DNA of 64,000 bases from sequence record NC_070963.1, one strand, 5' to 3'. Every line of letters starts with the position of its first letter. The first letter of the stretch is position 1. Below are positions 1-9,117 of this stretch, one piece after another. The translations under genes and the position numbers were made by a program. Under the pieces are notes generated by a model, which did no database searches, was not told the DNA's origin, and saw nothing but the letters and a program-made list of their open reading frames with translations.

Positions 1-146
1 TACGTTGCGATTCCCGCACTTGCATTTTTCATTTCTGCAATGGTGTCCTATAATCTAATGCCAGAGAGAACACCTCAACACAACTCTACTGTGTCTGGGT
101 CTTCTGGTGAACTTAAATGCACTTCGTCTTGTGTGGTGAAAGAACA

Positions 147-344
147 ATGATTAAACTATTTCAGTTTCTATTGACTGGTTGTTGGCATTCGTGGGAAGTA
201 TTTGAGAAAAAACAAATCTTTGATACTGGTACAAAAATCACGCACGATCAAGAAGAAGTTCCACTTCCTATTGCAACAAAATACATTATGCGTTGCAAAC
301 ACTGCGGTGAGATGAAGGTCTTTGATACAATGAAGGTTTGGTAA
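147..344 (+). CDS. hypothetical protein with CxxC motif
   Basis: ORF track 117..344; ATG at 147 more likely; RCKHCG motif; its TAA overlaps the next ATG (TAATG). Confidence 0.6.
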   Translation: MIKLFQFLLTGCWHSWEVFEKKQIFDTGTKITHDQEEVPLPIATKYIMRCKHCGEMKVFDTMKVW

Positions 345-400
345 TGGACTTCCCAGTATTCTTAAACAAGTGGATAATCGGATTTAAATCGATTAAATGA
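344..400 (+). pseudogene. truncated original 5' end of the gene now at 1342..1674
   Basis: Translates MDFPVFLNKWIIGFKSIK*, matching MDFPVFLNKFIIGNKYL at 1342; start coupled to the upstream stop. Confidence 0.8.
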
Positions 401-448
401 TGGTAGATAAATAATAGTGCTCTAATGTGTTCGCATCCATAAGAGTGG

Positions 449-474
449 AAAAGGTGTCTTCGGGCACCTTTTCT
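449..474 (+). terminator. intrinsic terminator-like hairpin with C(UUCG)G loop
   Basis: AAAAGGTGTC-TTCG-GGCACCTTTT followed by T-rich tail. Confidence 0.7.
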
Positions 475-476
475 TG

Positions 477-484
477 TATAAATA
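477..484 (+). promoter_or_regulatory. T4-type late promoter
   Basis: Exact TATAAATA 31 nt upstream of the endonuclease ATG. Confidence 0.8.
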
Positions 485-514
485 GTATTGCGAACACAAT
501 TTAGAAGCAGAACT

Positions 515-1273
515 ATGGTAAATCCTAATAGGTTTTATACTTACGCATATCTACGGGAAGATAGAACTCCTTATTATATTGGTAAAGGTAAAGGAAATAG
601 AGCATTTTCTTCAAATAGGACAATAAACAGACCAAAAGACAAATCAAGAATAATATTTCTCAAACAGAACCTAACTGAAGCAGAAGCATTCAAGCACGAA
701 AAGTATATGATTGCCGTGCTTGGTAGAAAAGATTTAGGAACTGGAATACTTCATAATAGAACTGATGGTGGAGATGGTGCTTCGGGTTCTGTTAGGAGTA
801 AAGAATCCAAAATAAAATGTAGTGAATCAAAGAAAGGTGAAAAGAATCCTCAATACGGTAAACGAGGTAAGAATTCTCATAATTATGGGAAATCTCCTTC
901 TGAAGAAACCAGAAAAAAATTAAGTGAGAGGCAAAAAGGTGAAAAGAATCACAATTATGGCAAATCTTTTTCCGAAGAAACCAGAAAAAGAATGAGTGAA
1001 GCACGAAAAGGTGAAAACAATCCTATGTATGGTAAATCACGTTCAGAAGAAAGCAGAAAAAAGCAAAGTGAATCACTTAAAGGTAAATATGGTGGAGAAA
1101 AACACTATCTCTACGGTAAATCACCTTCAGAAGAAACTAAAAGAAAAATAGGTGAGACAAATAAAGATAAAAAATGGTGGAACGATGGCAAAGAAAATAC
1201 TAAATTTACTGAAGAATGTCCTGGAGAAAATTGGGTTCCTGGTCGTGGAAAGAAAAAACTATGTGTCACCTGA
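515..1273 (+). mobile_element. free-standing GIY-YIG (Seg-like) homing endonuclease with NUMOD3-type repeats
   Basis: YTYAYLRED..YYIGKG catalytic motif, conserved E and HN.T.GGDG, repeated GEKNP/HNYGKS.SEETRKK DNA-binding modules; ATG at 515 preferred to TTG at 488. Confidence 0.9.
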
Positions 1274-1320
1274 CGAACTGGCACGAGAAGACTTGATTTT
1301 TATTGAAATTTTGGTATAAT
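1263..1320 (+). promoter_or_regulatory. early promoter cassette (22-bp palindrome plus TATAAT)
   Basis: GTGTCACC-TGACGA-ACTGGCAC at 1263-1284; TATAAT at 1315-1320. Confidence 0.7.
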
Positions 1321-1341
1321 ATCTGTACTACAAGAATAATG

Positions 1342-1674
1342 ATGGACTTTCCTGTATTTCTAAACAAATTCATAATCGGCAACAAGTATCTTCGGTACAC
1401 CAGTTTTGGGTGTTGGTTCCGTCTCATCAATCATTCTAATTGGAGAATGGACGACCACCAAAGATACTGGGACTTTTGGTTGAGTATAAATCGTGGGTAT
1501 GATGATATGAACTATCAACATAAGTTTAGAGAGTTCTGGGGTAAAAACGCAAAACCAGAACGCATTGTGCTATCCAAAGAAGACTTTGATGCTTTGGTAG
1601 AAAAACTCAACGAACCACCACAATATAACGAAAAGATTGCGAGAGTGTTACAACGAAAAGCGCCTTGGGACTAA
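1342..1674 (+). CDS. hypothetical protein with DUF1778-like C-terminus (RIVLSKEDFDALVEKLNEPP)
   Basis: ORF track 1303..1674; ATG at 1339/1342 follows the promoter and matches the remnant at 344. Confidence 0.65.
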   Translation: MDFPVFLNKFIIGNKYLRYTSFGCWFRLINHSNWRMDDHQRYWDFWLSINRGYDDMNYQHKFREFWGKNAKPERIVLSKEDFDALVEKLNEPPQYNEKIARVLQRKAPWD

Positions 1675-1699
1675 ATACACTATCATATGCAGTTGGGAT

Positions 1700-2134
1700 A
1701 TGGAACTGCTTCAAGAAGACGATATATTGCTTCGTAGAAAGGCAAAGAGAGTTGATAAGATTGATGATACTGTAAGAAACATTGCTGCGAATATGATACG
1801 CACAATGATTGAAAATAATGGTATTGGTCTGGCAGCAAATCAAGTTGGAATACTCAAACAAATCATTGTGGTTCTTGTCAATAATGAACCAAAGGTAATG
1901 ATAAACCCAGAGATACTTGATTTTTCAAGAGAATACTGTGTAATGAACGAAGGGTGTTTATCATTTCCTCAACAATTTTATGATATTCAAAGACCAGAAA
2001 AGGTCAAGGTCAAGTATCGTGGACTAAATGGACATCCTATGATAGAATGGTATGGAGGGATTGAAGCACGTTGTATCCTTCACGAAATCGACCACATTAG
2101 AGGAATTGTATTCACGGAGAAACTAAATGGTTGA
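1700..2134 (+). CDS. def: peptide deformylase
   Basis: All three PDF motifs: GIGLAANQVG, EGCLS, HEIDH; ATG at 1700. Confidence 0.95.
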   Translation: MELLQEDDILLRRKAKRVDKIDDTVRNIAANMIRTMIENNGIGLAANQVGILKQIIVVLVNNEPKVMINPEILDFSREYCVMNEGCLSFPQQFYDIQRPEKVKVKYRGLNGHPMIEWYGGIEARCILHEIDHIRGIVFTEKLNG

Positions 2135-2288
2135 AGTCACACCTAACGAAGACGGGTCATATGAGATTACTTGGGATGAAAATGACCCACAAGAATCAAT
2201 GTTCAATACTTGGACGGAAGAAGATTTTATTCGGGTTATAGAACAATATCTTGATGAACTTATCATAAATAACGAAAAACCCCTATGA
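2127..2288 (+). CDS. small hypothetical protein, paralogous to 7857..8042
   Basis: Hand-translated MVEVTPNEDGSYEITWDENDP...; shares N.DGSY...WD..DP with 7857..8042. Confidence 0.6.
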   Translation: MVEVTPNEDGSYEITWDENDPQESMFNTWTEEDFIRVIEQYLDELIINNEKPL

Positions 2289-2542
2289 TTACTTTCAGGC
2301 AGTTCCTAAACCTTGTAGAAGGTAAAAAGAAAGAACTAATTCACGCTTATCTTAAAGGAAGGGAAGAAGCATCAGAACCTAAAGTAGTGAATTATGGACA
2401 ATCTGAACCAAACTCACCAGAAAGAGCAGCACAAATTAAAGCAATGATGAAAGATCAAGGTGGTGGTGCGATTCGTAAGGCACAAAATCAAAGACTAAAA
2501 CAGGCAAAAAAAGCGGCAAAAAGAATTATGAAAGATCAATGA
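2285..2542 (+). CDS. putative capsid-internal protein (CTS-like N-terminus)
   Basis: MITFRQFLNLVE resembles the T4 capsid targeting sequence; CATAAATA late-type promoter about 20 nt upstream; basic protein. Confidence 0.5.
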   Translation: MITFRQFLNLVEGKKKELIHAYLKGREEASEPKVVNYGQSEPNSPERAAQIKAMMKDQGGGAIRKAQNQRLKQAKKAAKRIMKDQ

Positions 2543-2591
2543 TTTTGTCACCAGTTCTAGTTCATATTAGTATTTTAGTTATTTTGGAGAT

Positions 2592-2813
2592 TTGGTTATG
2601 GTTGCTATTGACGACAATCAACAAAAGGTAAAAACATTCAAACAAACCTGCGACAAACCCTATCTTCGTCATCATTACAAGGTAGTGTATGAGAATGGTA
2701 GTGAAGTTGTGTTTGATAACTATGAGGATGTTCAGGTCACTTGGTTTCAAACAGCAGGTCAGTTTTTGAGTCACATTGAAGTTTTAGATATTAAGCAAAA
2801 GGGGTTCAAATGA
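2592..2813 (+). CDS. hypothetical protein
   Basis: ORF track; ATGA overlap with next gene. Confidence 0.6.
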   Translation: MVMVAIDDNQQKVKTFKQTCDKPYLRHHYKVVYENGSEVVFDNYEDVQVTWFQTAGQFLSHIEVLDIKQKGFK

Positions 2814-3397
2814 GTATTTCACAAGGATTGGTAATGGATGCTGATGAAGAACCTGGATTTGAGATTCTTCATCTATCATTTCGTAAAAAAGAATCAGAAG
2901 CATTTTCTGGTGCTCCTATCAATTATTACATTGGAAACATTGTATTTCGTCTGACTGATGAAAGTGCTGTTGGTCGTATGCAGTATTACTTGGAAGAAAA
3001 TGAGAAACTTCGTGTAGCACCTGATGAAGATTTGCTCAATAGTTATTATGAAGACCTTCACTTTGACTTTGATTCTGATGACGAAGAAGGTGTAGTAGAT
3101 AAAGAAGACGGACAAAAGTATTATCCAGTGAATATCATCAATAAAAGTGGCATTAAGGAAGAAGATGTGTTCATTTATGCATATCGTCGTAATATGATGC
3201 CTCTTCACGACTTTATTCAGTATCACGAAAAGTTTGATGTGTATCAAATGAGAGAATACTTTCAAGATACTCCAGTGGTTCGTGGTATTATACAGTATCT
3301 TCAAGATATGAAGGACGGTAAGGAAAATCCAAGTCGCACTGTGTATTATGAACAGTTTCTCAATACACTTGAAAACCTTTGTTGGTGGTGGGATTGA
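2810..3397 (+). CDS. acidic hypothetical protein
   Basis: 195-aa ORF with normal phage codon usage. Confidence 0.7.
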   Translation: MSISQGLVMDADEEPGFEILHLSFRKKESEAFSGAPINYYIGNIVFRLTDESAVGRMQYYLEENEKLRVAPDEDLLNSYYEDLHFDFDSDDEEGVVDKEDGQKYYPVNIINKSGIKEEDVFIYAYRRNMMPLHDFIQYHEKFDVYQMREYFQDTPVVRGIIQYLQDMKDGKENPSRTVYYEQFLNTLENLCWWWD

Positions 3398-3424
3398 TAA
3401 ATAAGTAAAAAGTAGTCAATAAGA

Positions 3425-5380
3425 ATGGCATTCACGAAGATTGCTGCCGCTGGTATTGGAAGCACAGGAACAGTTACATTAGAACGACTTATTGTAACTG
3501 GAAGCATTGATACTCCTGTGATTACTGGAGCAGCATCTACGGCAAATGTAAGAGCAAATAGTTTAGTTGTATCTGGAGTTTCGACTTTTGGTAGTGTTGT
3601 AGCAACCACAGGAACTTTTAGTGGTAATGTCAGTATTGCTGGAACTCTGACTTATGAAGATGTCACTAATATTGATTCGGTTGGTCTGATTACTGCTAGA
3701 AGTGGTGTAGTAGTAAATACAGGAACAGCAACAACAGCATTAGTTGTTAATGGTAGTGCAAGAATTACTGGTATTTTGACAATTGGAACCAGTTCTGTAA
3801 CTCTTGATGGAACGAATAATCAAGTTAATGTAGGAACTGGTGTTACGATTCATCACACTAATGGTGTTCAAGTTGGTGGAAATACAGTTCATTCAACTGG
3901 ACTTACTGTTAATCAAGTGAATGCAATTGGTATTATTACAGCATCAAGTTTTAGAGGTGATGGTTCTCAACTGACTGGTATTGCTGCTACGACGAATGTA
4001 AGAACTAATAGTCTTGTTGTTTCTGGGGTTTCTACTTTTGCTGCAGGTAGTGTTAGTGCTCCTTCTATAAGTCCAACAGGGGACAGTAACACAGGACTAT
4101 TTTTTCCTGATGCTGATACTATAGCAATTGCTGAAGGTGGTGTTGAGGCATTAAGGATTGATAGTAGTTCTAATATTGGTATAGGAACCAATGCCCCAAC
4201 TACAAAACTCACAATAACAGATGGTGTTGCTCCTTATGCGGCAACCACTGGCGATTTAATTCAACTTAAAAGAGGTGTATCAAATGGTAATGATACAACT
4301 TCTGCTACTGGAATTTCATTTGCCAACAATAGTAATGGATTCCGTATTGCTTATGGTGGAACAAATGATAGATTGAGGTTTATAGATGGCGGTGCTATTG
4401 AATGTCTTTCTCTATTGAATGGTGGAAATACTGGAATAGGAACAGTAAGTCCAAGAGTAAAACTTGATGTAGGCAATGGAAAACTTTTAGTAGTACAAAG
4501 TGGGACTCCTACAGGAAATTATAATTATGGAGTAAATACACACGTTGCTTCAGGTGCTGGAGGAATGCAGGTTACTAGTGGAAGCAGTTATAGTTATTTT
4601 GTTGGCAATTCTACTGATATAATATTAGGTTCAGATCAAGGATCTACTGGAATTAAAGTTCAAGTTTCAAGAACTTGTGGAGACAATTCTTTAGTTATAA
4701 CTTCTTCTGGACAGGTTGTTGCAAATTATAACTCAACAACTGGAGTAGTTAATTCTTTTGGACATGGTGGTTATTATGGATTAAGTGCAAATAGTAACTC
4801 TACAGCATTAGCAGATCAAAGGTGCTCTTGGTTTTTGCGTGGTTCTTTAGAAGGTACTAATAATGAATTAGGAAACTCTGTATTATTAATTCAAAATACA
4901 GGAGGAGCTGCAATTAATATTGGAGATCTAATAAAAGGATATAGAGGTTCTTCACTCATATTCCGTGTATCTGGTGGTGATGGAAGTGTTAGGAACAGCA
5001 GTGGAAGTTATGCTGCTATTTCTGATGAAAGAATTAAACAAGATATTGTTGATGCAGAATCGCAATGGAATGATATTAAATCAGTTCGTGTTAGAAAATT
5101 TAAACTTAAAGAAAATGTTGAAACTTATGGCGAATCTGCACCAACATTTATTGGTGTTATAGCCCAAGAATTAGAACAAATAAGTCCTGGACTGGTTGAT
5201 CAAGCAAAATTAAAAAATGGTTCTTCGGATCCAGAAAGCATTAAATCTGTAAAATATAGTATTTTATACATGAAATCAGTTAAAGCTCTTCAGGAAGCAC
5301 AACAACGTATTGAAACTTTAGAATCACAAGTTTCTTTACTTATAAGAAAAGTTGAAGAATTAGAAAATAAAATTATTTGA
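3425..5380 (+). CDS. tail fibre-like protein with C-terminal peptidase S74 intramolecular chaperone
   Basis: G/S/T-rich beta repeats (NSLVVSGVSTF twice, GIGT motifs); C-terminal SDERIKQDI...GVIAQEL...KYSILY...coiled coil; GATAAATA late-type promoter at 3396. Confidence 0.85.
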   Translation: MAFTKIAAAGIGSTGTVTLERLIVTGSIDTPVITGAASTANVRANSLVVSGVSTFGSVVATTGTFSGNVSIAGTLTYEDVTNIDSVGLITARSGVVVNTGTATTALVVNGSARITGILTIGTSSVTLDGTNNQVNVGTGVTIHHTNGVQVGGNTVHSTGLTVNQVNAIGIITASSFRGDGSQLTGIAATTNVRTNSLVVSGVSTFAAGSVSAPSISPTGDSNTGLFFPDADTIAIAEGGVEALRIDSSSNIGIGTNAPTTKLTITDGVAPYAATTGDLIQLKRGVSNGNDTTSATGISFANNSNGFRIAYGGTNDRLRFIDGGAIECLSLLNGGNTGIGTVSPRVKLDVGNGKLLVVQSGTPTGNYNYGVNTHVASGAGGMQVTSGSSYSYFVGNSTDIILGSDQGSTGIKVQVSRTCGDNSLVITSSGQVVANYNSTTGVVNSFGHGGYYGLSANSNSTALADQRCSWFLRGSLEGTNNELGNSVLLIQNTGGAAINIGDLIKGYRGSSLIFRVSGGDGSVRNSSGSYAAISDERIKQDIVDAESQWNDIKSVRVRKFKLKENVETYGESAPTFIGVIAQELEQISPGLVDQAKLKNGSSDPESIKSVKYSILYMKSVKALQEAQQRIETLESQVSLLIRKVEELENKII

Positions 5381-5972
5381 AATTATATTCGTGTAACATT
5401 CTATGATTAAACCATCCTGTCATGATATATTTTGTTTCTGTTTTTGAAGCAATTCCCCTATGTGTATGAGTCCAATCGCATGGCCATATTAAAATTTTCC
5501 CAACTTCAGGTTTAATTTTTATTTTTTGATAATAAAATTCGGTCTCTCCACCATCATTAACATCATTCAAGTATATCATCCATACCAAATGTCTACTAAT
5601 ATTCATAGGATCTAAATTATTTCTTTCACTGTGCCAACTTTTGTATGACTGATTTGGATTATATTTTTGAATTTTTAATATAGAAGAACAAACTTCTTTA
5701 GATATACAATATTCATATTTTTTACAATATTGATAATAACATTCTCCAAGAATTTCTGTTTTAAACAAATTTATAGATGTATTTGTAGTATCATAAACAC
5801 ACATTTCAATATCTTCTTTACTTTGATTGTTAACTTTTATTTTTGGTATTTCTTTTGTGGTTTCAAAAAAATTAATAATATTTTGACAAAAAGCATTTCC
5901 AGGGTAAAGTTTCCAAGTTCCTATAAAAGAATTGTAATCAATATCATTAGTTGGAATTAATTCAATATCCAT
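5373..5972 (-). CDS. 2OG-Fe(II) oxygenase (prolyl-4-hydroxylase-like)
   Basis: WHSE...WMIYLNDVNDGGETEF...KP..GKILIWP...HTHRG pattern. Confidence 0.85.
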   Translation of the reverse strand: MDIELIPTNDIDYNSFIGTWKLYPGNAFCQNIINFFETTKEIPKIKVNNQSKEDIEMCVYDTTNTSINLFKTEILGECYYQYCKKYEYCISKEVCSSILKIQKYNPNQSYKSWHSERNNLDPMNISRHLVWMIYLNDVNDGGETEFYYQKIKIKPEVGKILIWPCDWTHTHRGIASKTETKYIMTGWFNHRMLHEYNFK

Positions 5973-6028
5973 TAATTTTACTCATATATAAATTATTTTA
6001 TAGGTAAATTGAAATTATGTCAATTGTA

Positions 6029-6057
6029 TTGACAAACCTCCCACAATACCCTATAAT
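6029..6057 (+). promoter_or_regulatory. consensus sigma70-type early promoter
   Basis: TTGACA-N17-TATAAT, exact. Confidence 0.85.
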
Positions 6058-6079
6058 ACCTTCGTAACCGCAAAGGAAA

Positions 6080-6259
6080 ATGGAACACACTGAAGAGTTT
6101 CCGTTTGATCAGTTTCCATACAAACTTGTTCATAAAGAAGGTAAAGAAGTTCGCAAGTGCTACTTTCAATCTGAAGAACATCGAAAGCAGCACATTGACC
6201 GTTACAAACTGAAAAAGAAAGACATTCAATTGAGTCAAAAAAATGAAAATCTTAATTAA
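6080..6259 (+). CDS. small hypothetical protein
   Basis: Hand-translated 59 aa MEHTEEFPFDQFPYKL...; AAGGA SD; first ORF after the promoter. Confidence 0.65.
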   Translation: MEHTEEFPFDQFPYKLVHKEGKEVRKCYFQSEEHRKQHIDRYKLKKKDIQLSQKNENLN

Positions 6260-6839
6260 AGATAATTACTTTGAAGATCCTGATTCAATTCGTCAAATAG
6301 GTCTTTCTATAGAAAAGTATCGAGTTGATAATACTCTAACCAATAATCCATTTGGTTGGAGAGGACAAAGAACTTATCCATTGCGTGGTCTTAAAAATAA
6401 AGAATTGGATACATATGCACAAAACATTTTTGATTTGTGTTATGATTATTTTGACCTTGAAAACCATGTAGTTCCTTATCTCAATCAAAAAATTGAAAAT
6501 CTGGATATTACAACGTATTTTCATATTACCACAGAAGAAACCAGAGGTGCATTTCCTGATTTTTGGCAGGATAGATTTCATAAAGACTTTGAAACTGCCG
6601 CTGCTGGAGTAGTCTATCTAACTCCAAATGCTCCACTCAAAGCAGGAACTTCTGTATTGAATGGTTCAGAGAATCAGTTTATCAATATTGAAAATGTTTA
6701 CAATCGTCTAGTTGCCTATGAAGGAACTCGGATTCACGCACTATCTGATGTCTTTGGTGACAATAAAGAAACTGGAAGAATGACGTTTACATTTTTCATA
6801 CACGACTCTAAATTTCCACCTGATATTGAAAATGACTGA
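6243..6839 (+). CDS. DUF6445-like putative 2OG-Fe(II) oxygenase
   Basis: DNYFEDPDSIR, HKD, AAGVVYLTPNAP..GT, NVYNRLVAY, H motifs. Confidence 0.7.
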   Translation: MKILIKDNYFEDPDSIRQIGLSIEKYRVDNTLTNNPFGWRGQRTYPLRGLKNKELDTYAQNIFDLCYDYFDLENHVVPYLNQKIENLDITTYFHITTEETRGAFPDFWQDRFHKDFETAAAGVVYLTPNAPLKAGTSVLNGSENQFINIENVYNRLVAYEGTRIHALSDVFGDNKETGRMTFTFFIHDSKFPPDIEND

Positions 6840-6940
6840 ACGAACTTATAAAGACAAAAACAATAACGATTGGACTTGGCAAGAAACAAAAGAAACAATT
6901 GAAGCACTGAAACAACTACACGAAACGGTAAAAAAAGTCA

Positions 6941-7174
6941 ATGAGCGAAGAAAAGAAACTAATTGATGATGCCTTTTATGTTAAAGAACAACGATGGGGA
7001 ACTTGGGATTCTTATGATAAAGAAGATAAACCCATTCTCACCAGTCTCACTGAAGACATCTGTATCTCAGCAACAAGGTTTTATTTGCAATTCAGGCAGG
7101 AAAATCAGTTTGAATCCAAAAATAATGGAGAAAATGTAAGTAAGTATTCAGGTAGTGTGGATTACAAACTATAA
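6941..7174 (+). CDS. hypothetical protein
   Basis: ORF track. Confidence 0.65.
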   Translation: MSEEKKLIDDAFYVKEQRWGTWDSYDKEDKPILTSLTEDICISATRFYLQFRQENQFESKNNGENVSKYSGSVDYKL

Positions 7175-7352
7175 TGATTGACTTTCATAAGATTATTGGT
7201 TATTATGACCCAAGACATCCAGCACTTGACCCAACCACCCCTCATTACGAATTTAATAGTTATGTTGAGTGTTGTTGGTCTTTAAATCGTCCAGTATCCT
7301 TAACCTCATTTATGCGTTATAATGATTATTTAAAAGAAATTGGAGTAAAGTA

Positions 7353-7604
7353 GTGATTCGTAAAGCATTCAAGTGGTTCTTTGCACCATCAAAGAAACCA
7401 ATTGCTCAAACTGATTGGACAATTACTTGCAGACTAGCAGAGTTGGAAGAAAAGTATCTTTGTCTTCTGATGGATGTAAAGCGTCTTGAAGAAGAGAACA
7501 TTGAGACTACAAACACACTATATGAAGTGATGAACTCGATTGAAGGAGTTGATGCTCGCATAGATATTCTTGTAGAGCATTATAGAAATCAAAGAGATGT
7601 ATGA
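7353..7604 (+). CDS. hypothetical coiled-coil protein
   Basis: ORF track; heptad-like sequence. Confidence 0.6.
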   Translation: MIRKAFKWFFAPSKKPIAQTDWTITCRLAELEEKYLCLLMDVKRLEEENIETTNTLYEVMNSIEGVDARIDILVEHYRNQRDV

Positions 7605-7856
7605 AAACTTGGATTCATTAGAGCAGGCACTAGCGCACTTTGGAACTCGTGTTGACATTATTTGTGCGATGGAAATTGGAGGTAAAATAGATGCGGAAAC
7701 TGCTTATAAAAATATTAAACTTGAACTCAAAGAACTCAAAAAAGTTAGAAAGCAATACAAAAAGGAAGTGCAGTAAATGTGGTGAAAAAAAACCACTTGA
7801 CACAGAGCATTATCAAATAGTAAAATCATTTAAACACGGATACTCATATTATTGCA

Positions 7857-8042
7857 ATGAATGCTCAAAACCTAAACCAAGAGAATGATTCTTTTCACAT
7901 CATACAAAACGCTGATGGTTCTTATACGGCAAATTGGGATCCACAAGACCCGAATTGGGCGTGGTTAAATTCTTTGACTTCTGCCGAACTTCAGGTTATA
8001 ATAGAGCAAGCAATCAAGGAAGACCACAATGGCAGACTTTGA
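7857..8042 (+). CDS. small hypothetical protein, paralogous to 2127..2288
   Basis: NADGSYTANWDPQDP motif. Confidence 0.55.
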   Translation: MNAQNLNQENDSFHIIQNADGSYTANWDPQDPNWAWLNSLTSAELQVIIEQAIKEDHNGRL

Positions 8043-8727
8043 CTACAAGAAGTATTCTCTTGAACGACTTGAAGAGTGGGTGAATGATTCTCTTTCTGCT
8101 GCAGAAGCATCACCTCAAGAAATCTATGATGTGATTAAAAAGACAGTTGAAGAGTATTATTATACCTATAAGCATCATACAAGTCGTGCATATGAACTTC
8201 TTGCTCTTTTGAATGGTAATGGTAAGGGTCATATCAAAGCATATGATGATTATGTAGATAAGGTTTTAAGTTGTGATAAAAACAACTCTTCACCAGAATG
8301 TAAGGGTGCTTGGACTAGTTTTTGGGAAGAGAAGAATTATCCAGAAGAATATGGTCTTCAATACACTGATGAAGAAATCACTGCAATGTGTGATGCTGCG
8401 GAAAAAGTAGAACAAGAACGATTGAAAAAAGAATTGCTTGATGCAAAAATTAATGCAAAATCATCATTTAATGACGGTTTGACTCGTGAATATTATCAAG
8501 ATCGTGTGAACAAACTTGAAGATAAACTGGGTGTAGTTAAAGGTGATAAAGTTAAAAAATGGGTGCTTCCTGTTGAAAAATGTAAGGATGCGGATACTGA
8601 TGAAACAGAATACTTTGTATCTTTCCCCGATGACCTTCTAGAAGCAGCAAATCTTGTAGAAGGAGACCAAATTGAATGGGTTGATAATAGTGATGGTTCT
8701 TATCTTCTGAAAAAGGTGGTAAAATGA
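8029..8727 (+). CDS. hypothetical protein with C-terminal AbrB/MazE-like domain
   Basis: C-terminal YFVSFPDDLLEAANLVEGDQIEWVDNSDGSYLLKK has the swapped-hairpin pattern. Confidence 0.65.
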   Translation: MADFDYKKYSLERLEEWVNDSLSAAEASPQEIYDVIKKTVEEYYYTYKHHTSRAYELLALLNGNGKGHIKAYDDYVDKVLSCDKNNSSPECKGAWTSFWEEKNYPEEYGLQYTDEEITAMCDAAEKVEQERLKKELLDAKINAKSSFNDGLTREYYQDRVNKLEDKLGVVKGDKVKKWVLPVEKCKDADTDETEYFVSFPDDLLEAANLVEGDQIEWVDNSDGSYLLKKVVK

Positions 8728-8906
8728 CTAGAAGAATTCAAACAAGCGGGACATATGATGGTGAGTTTTATACTTTAAATATTTCATTTAACGACTATCA
8801 CGTTGTTACTTTGGATGGTCTTTCCAAAGAAGACGTTGAAGAGTTGCAATCGTGTCTAAATTGTATGATTATGGAGGATGACAATGGCATTGGGTTCACA
8901 AGTTAA
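8724..8906 (+). CDS. hypothetical protein
   Basis: ORF track; ATGA overlap. Confidence 0.55.
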   Translation: MTRRIQTSGTYDGEFYTLNISFNDYHVVTLDGLSKEDVEELQSCLNCMIMEDDNGIGFTS

Positions 8907-9117
8907 AGAATCACTTCAAGAAGCAGAAGCATCTCTGCGAAATGCGTTAGCGTTCGCAGCACGTCAAGAACGTCCAATGGTTTGTAGTGTAATTGCTGAC
9001 CTTATCAGTCGTATTGAAACTTTGCAGAGCACTGATTCCTTGCTAGATAAACTTGAAAATCGCAAATCAGGAGACTCTGGTTTCTTTGGAACATTTTTTG
9101 GAAAGGATGATGACTGA
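8878..9117 (+). CDS. hypothetical protein
   Basis: ORF track; GGAGG SD. Confidence 0.6.
   Translation: MTMALGSQVKESLQEAEASLRNALAFAARQERPMVCSVIADLISRIETLQSTDSLLDKLENRKSGDSGFFGTFFGKDDD

Noticed and set aside
488-514. Upstream TTG/GTG starts used by the ORF track (488, 1303, 1637, 18790, 33217 and others)
   Set aside because: They lie in promoter or hairpin sequence or overlap the previous gene; downstream ATGs match the domain boundaries better.
400-1340. Group I intron around endonuclease 1
   Set aside because: No catalytic core is visible, and the downstream copy has its own promoter and start codon, so splicing is unnecessary.
3425-5380. Diversity-generating retroelement acting on the tail fibre
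   Set aside because: No reverse transcriptase and no adenine-specific template/variable repeat pair; the internal repeats are ordinary fibre repeats.
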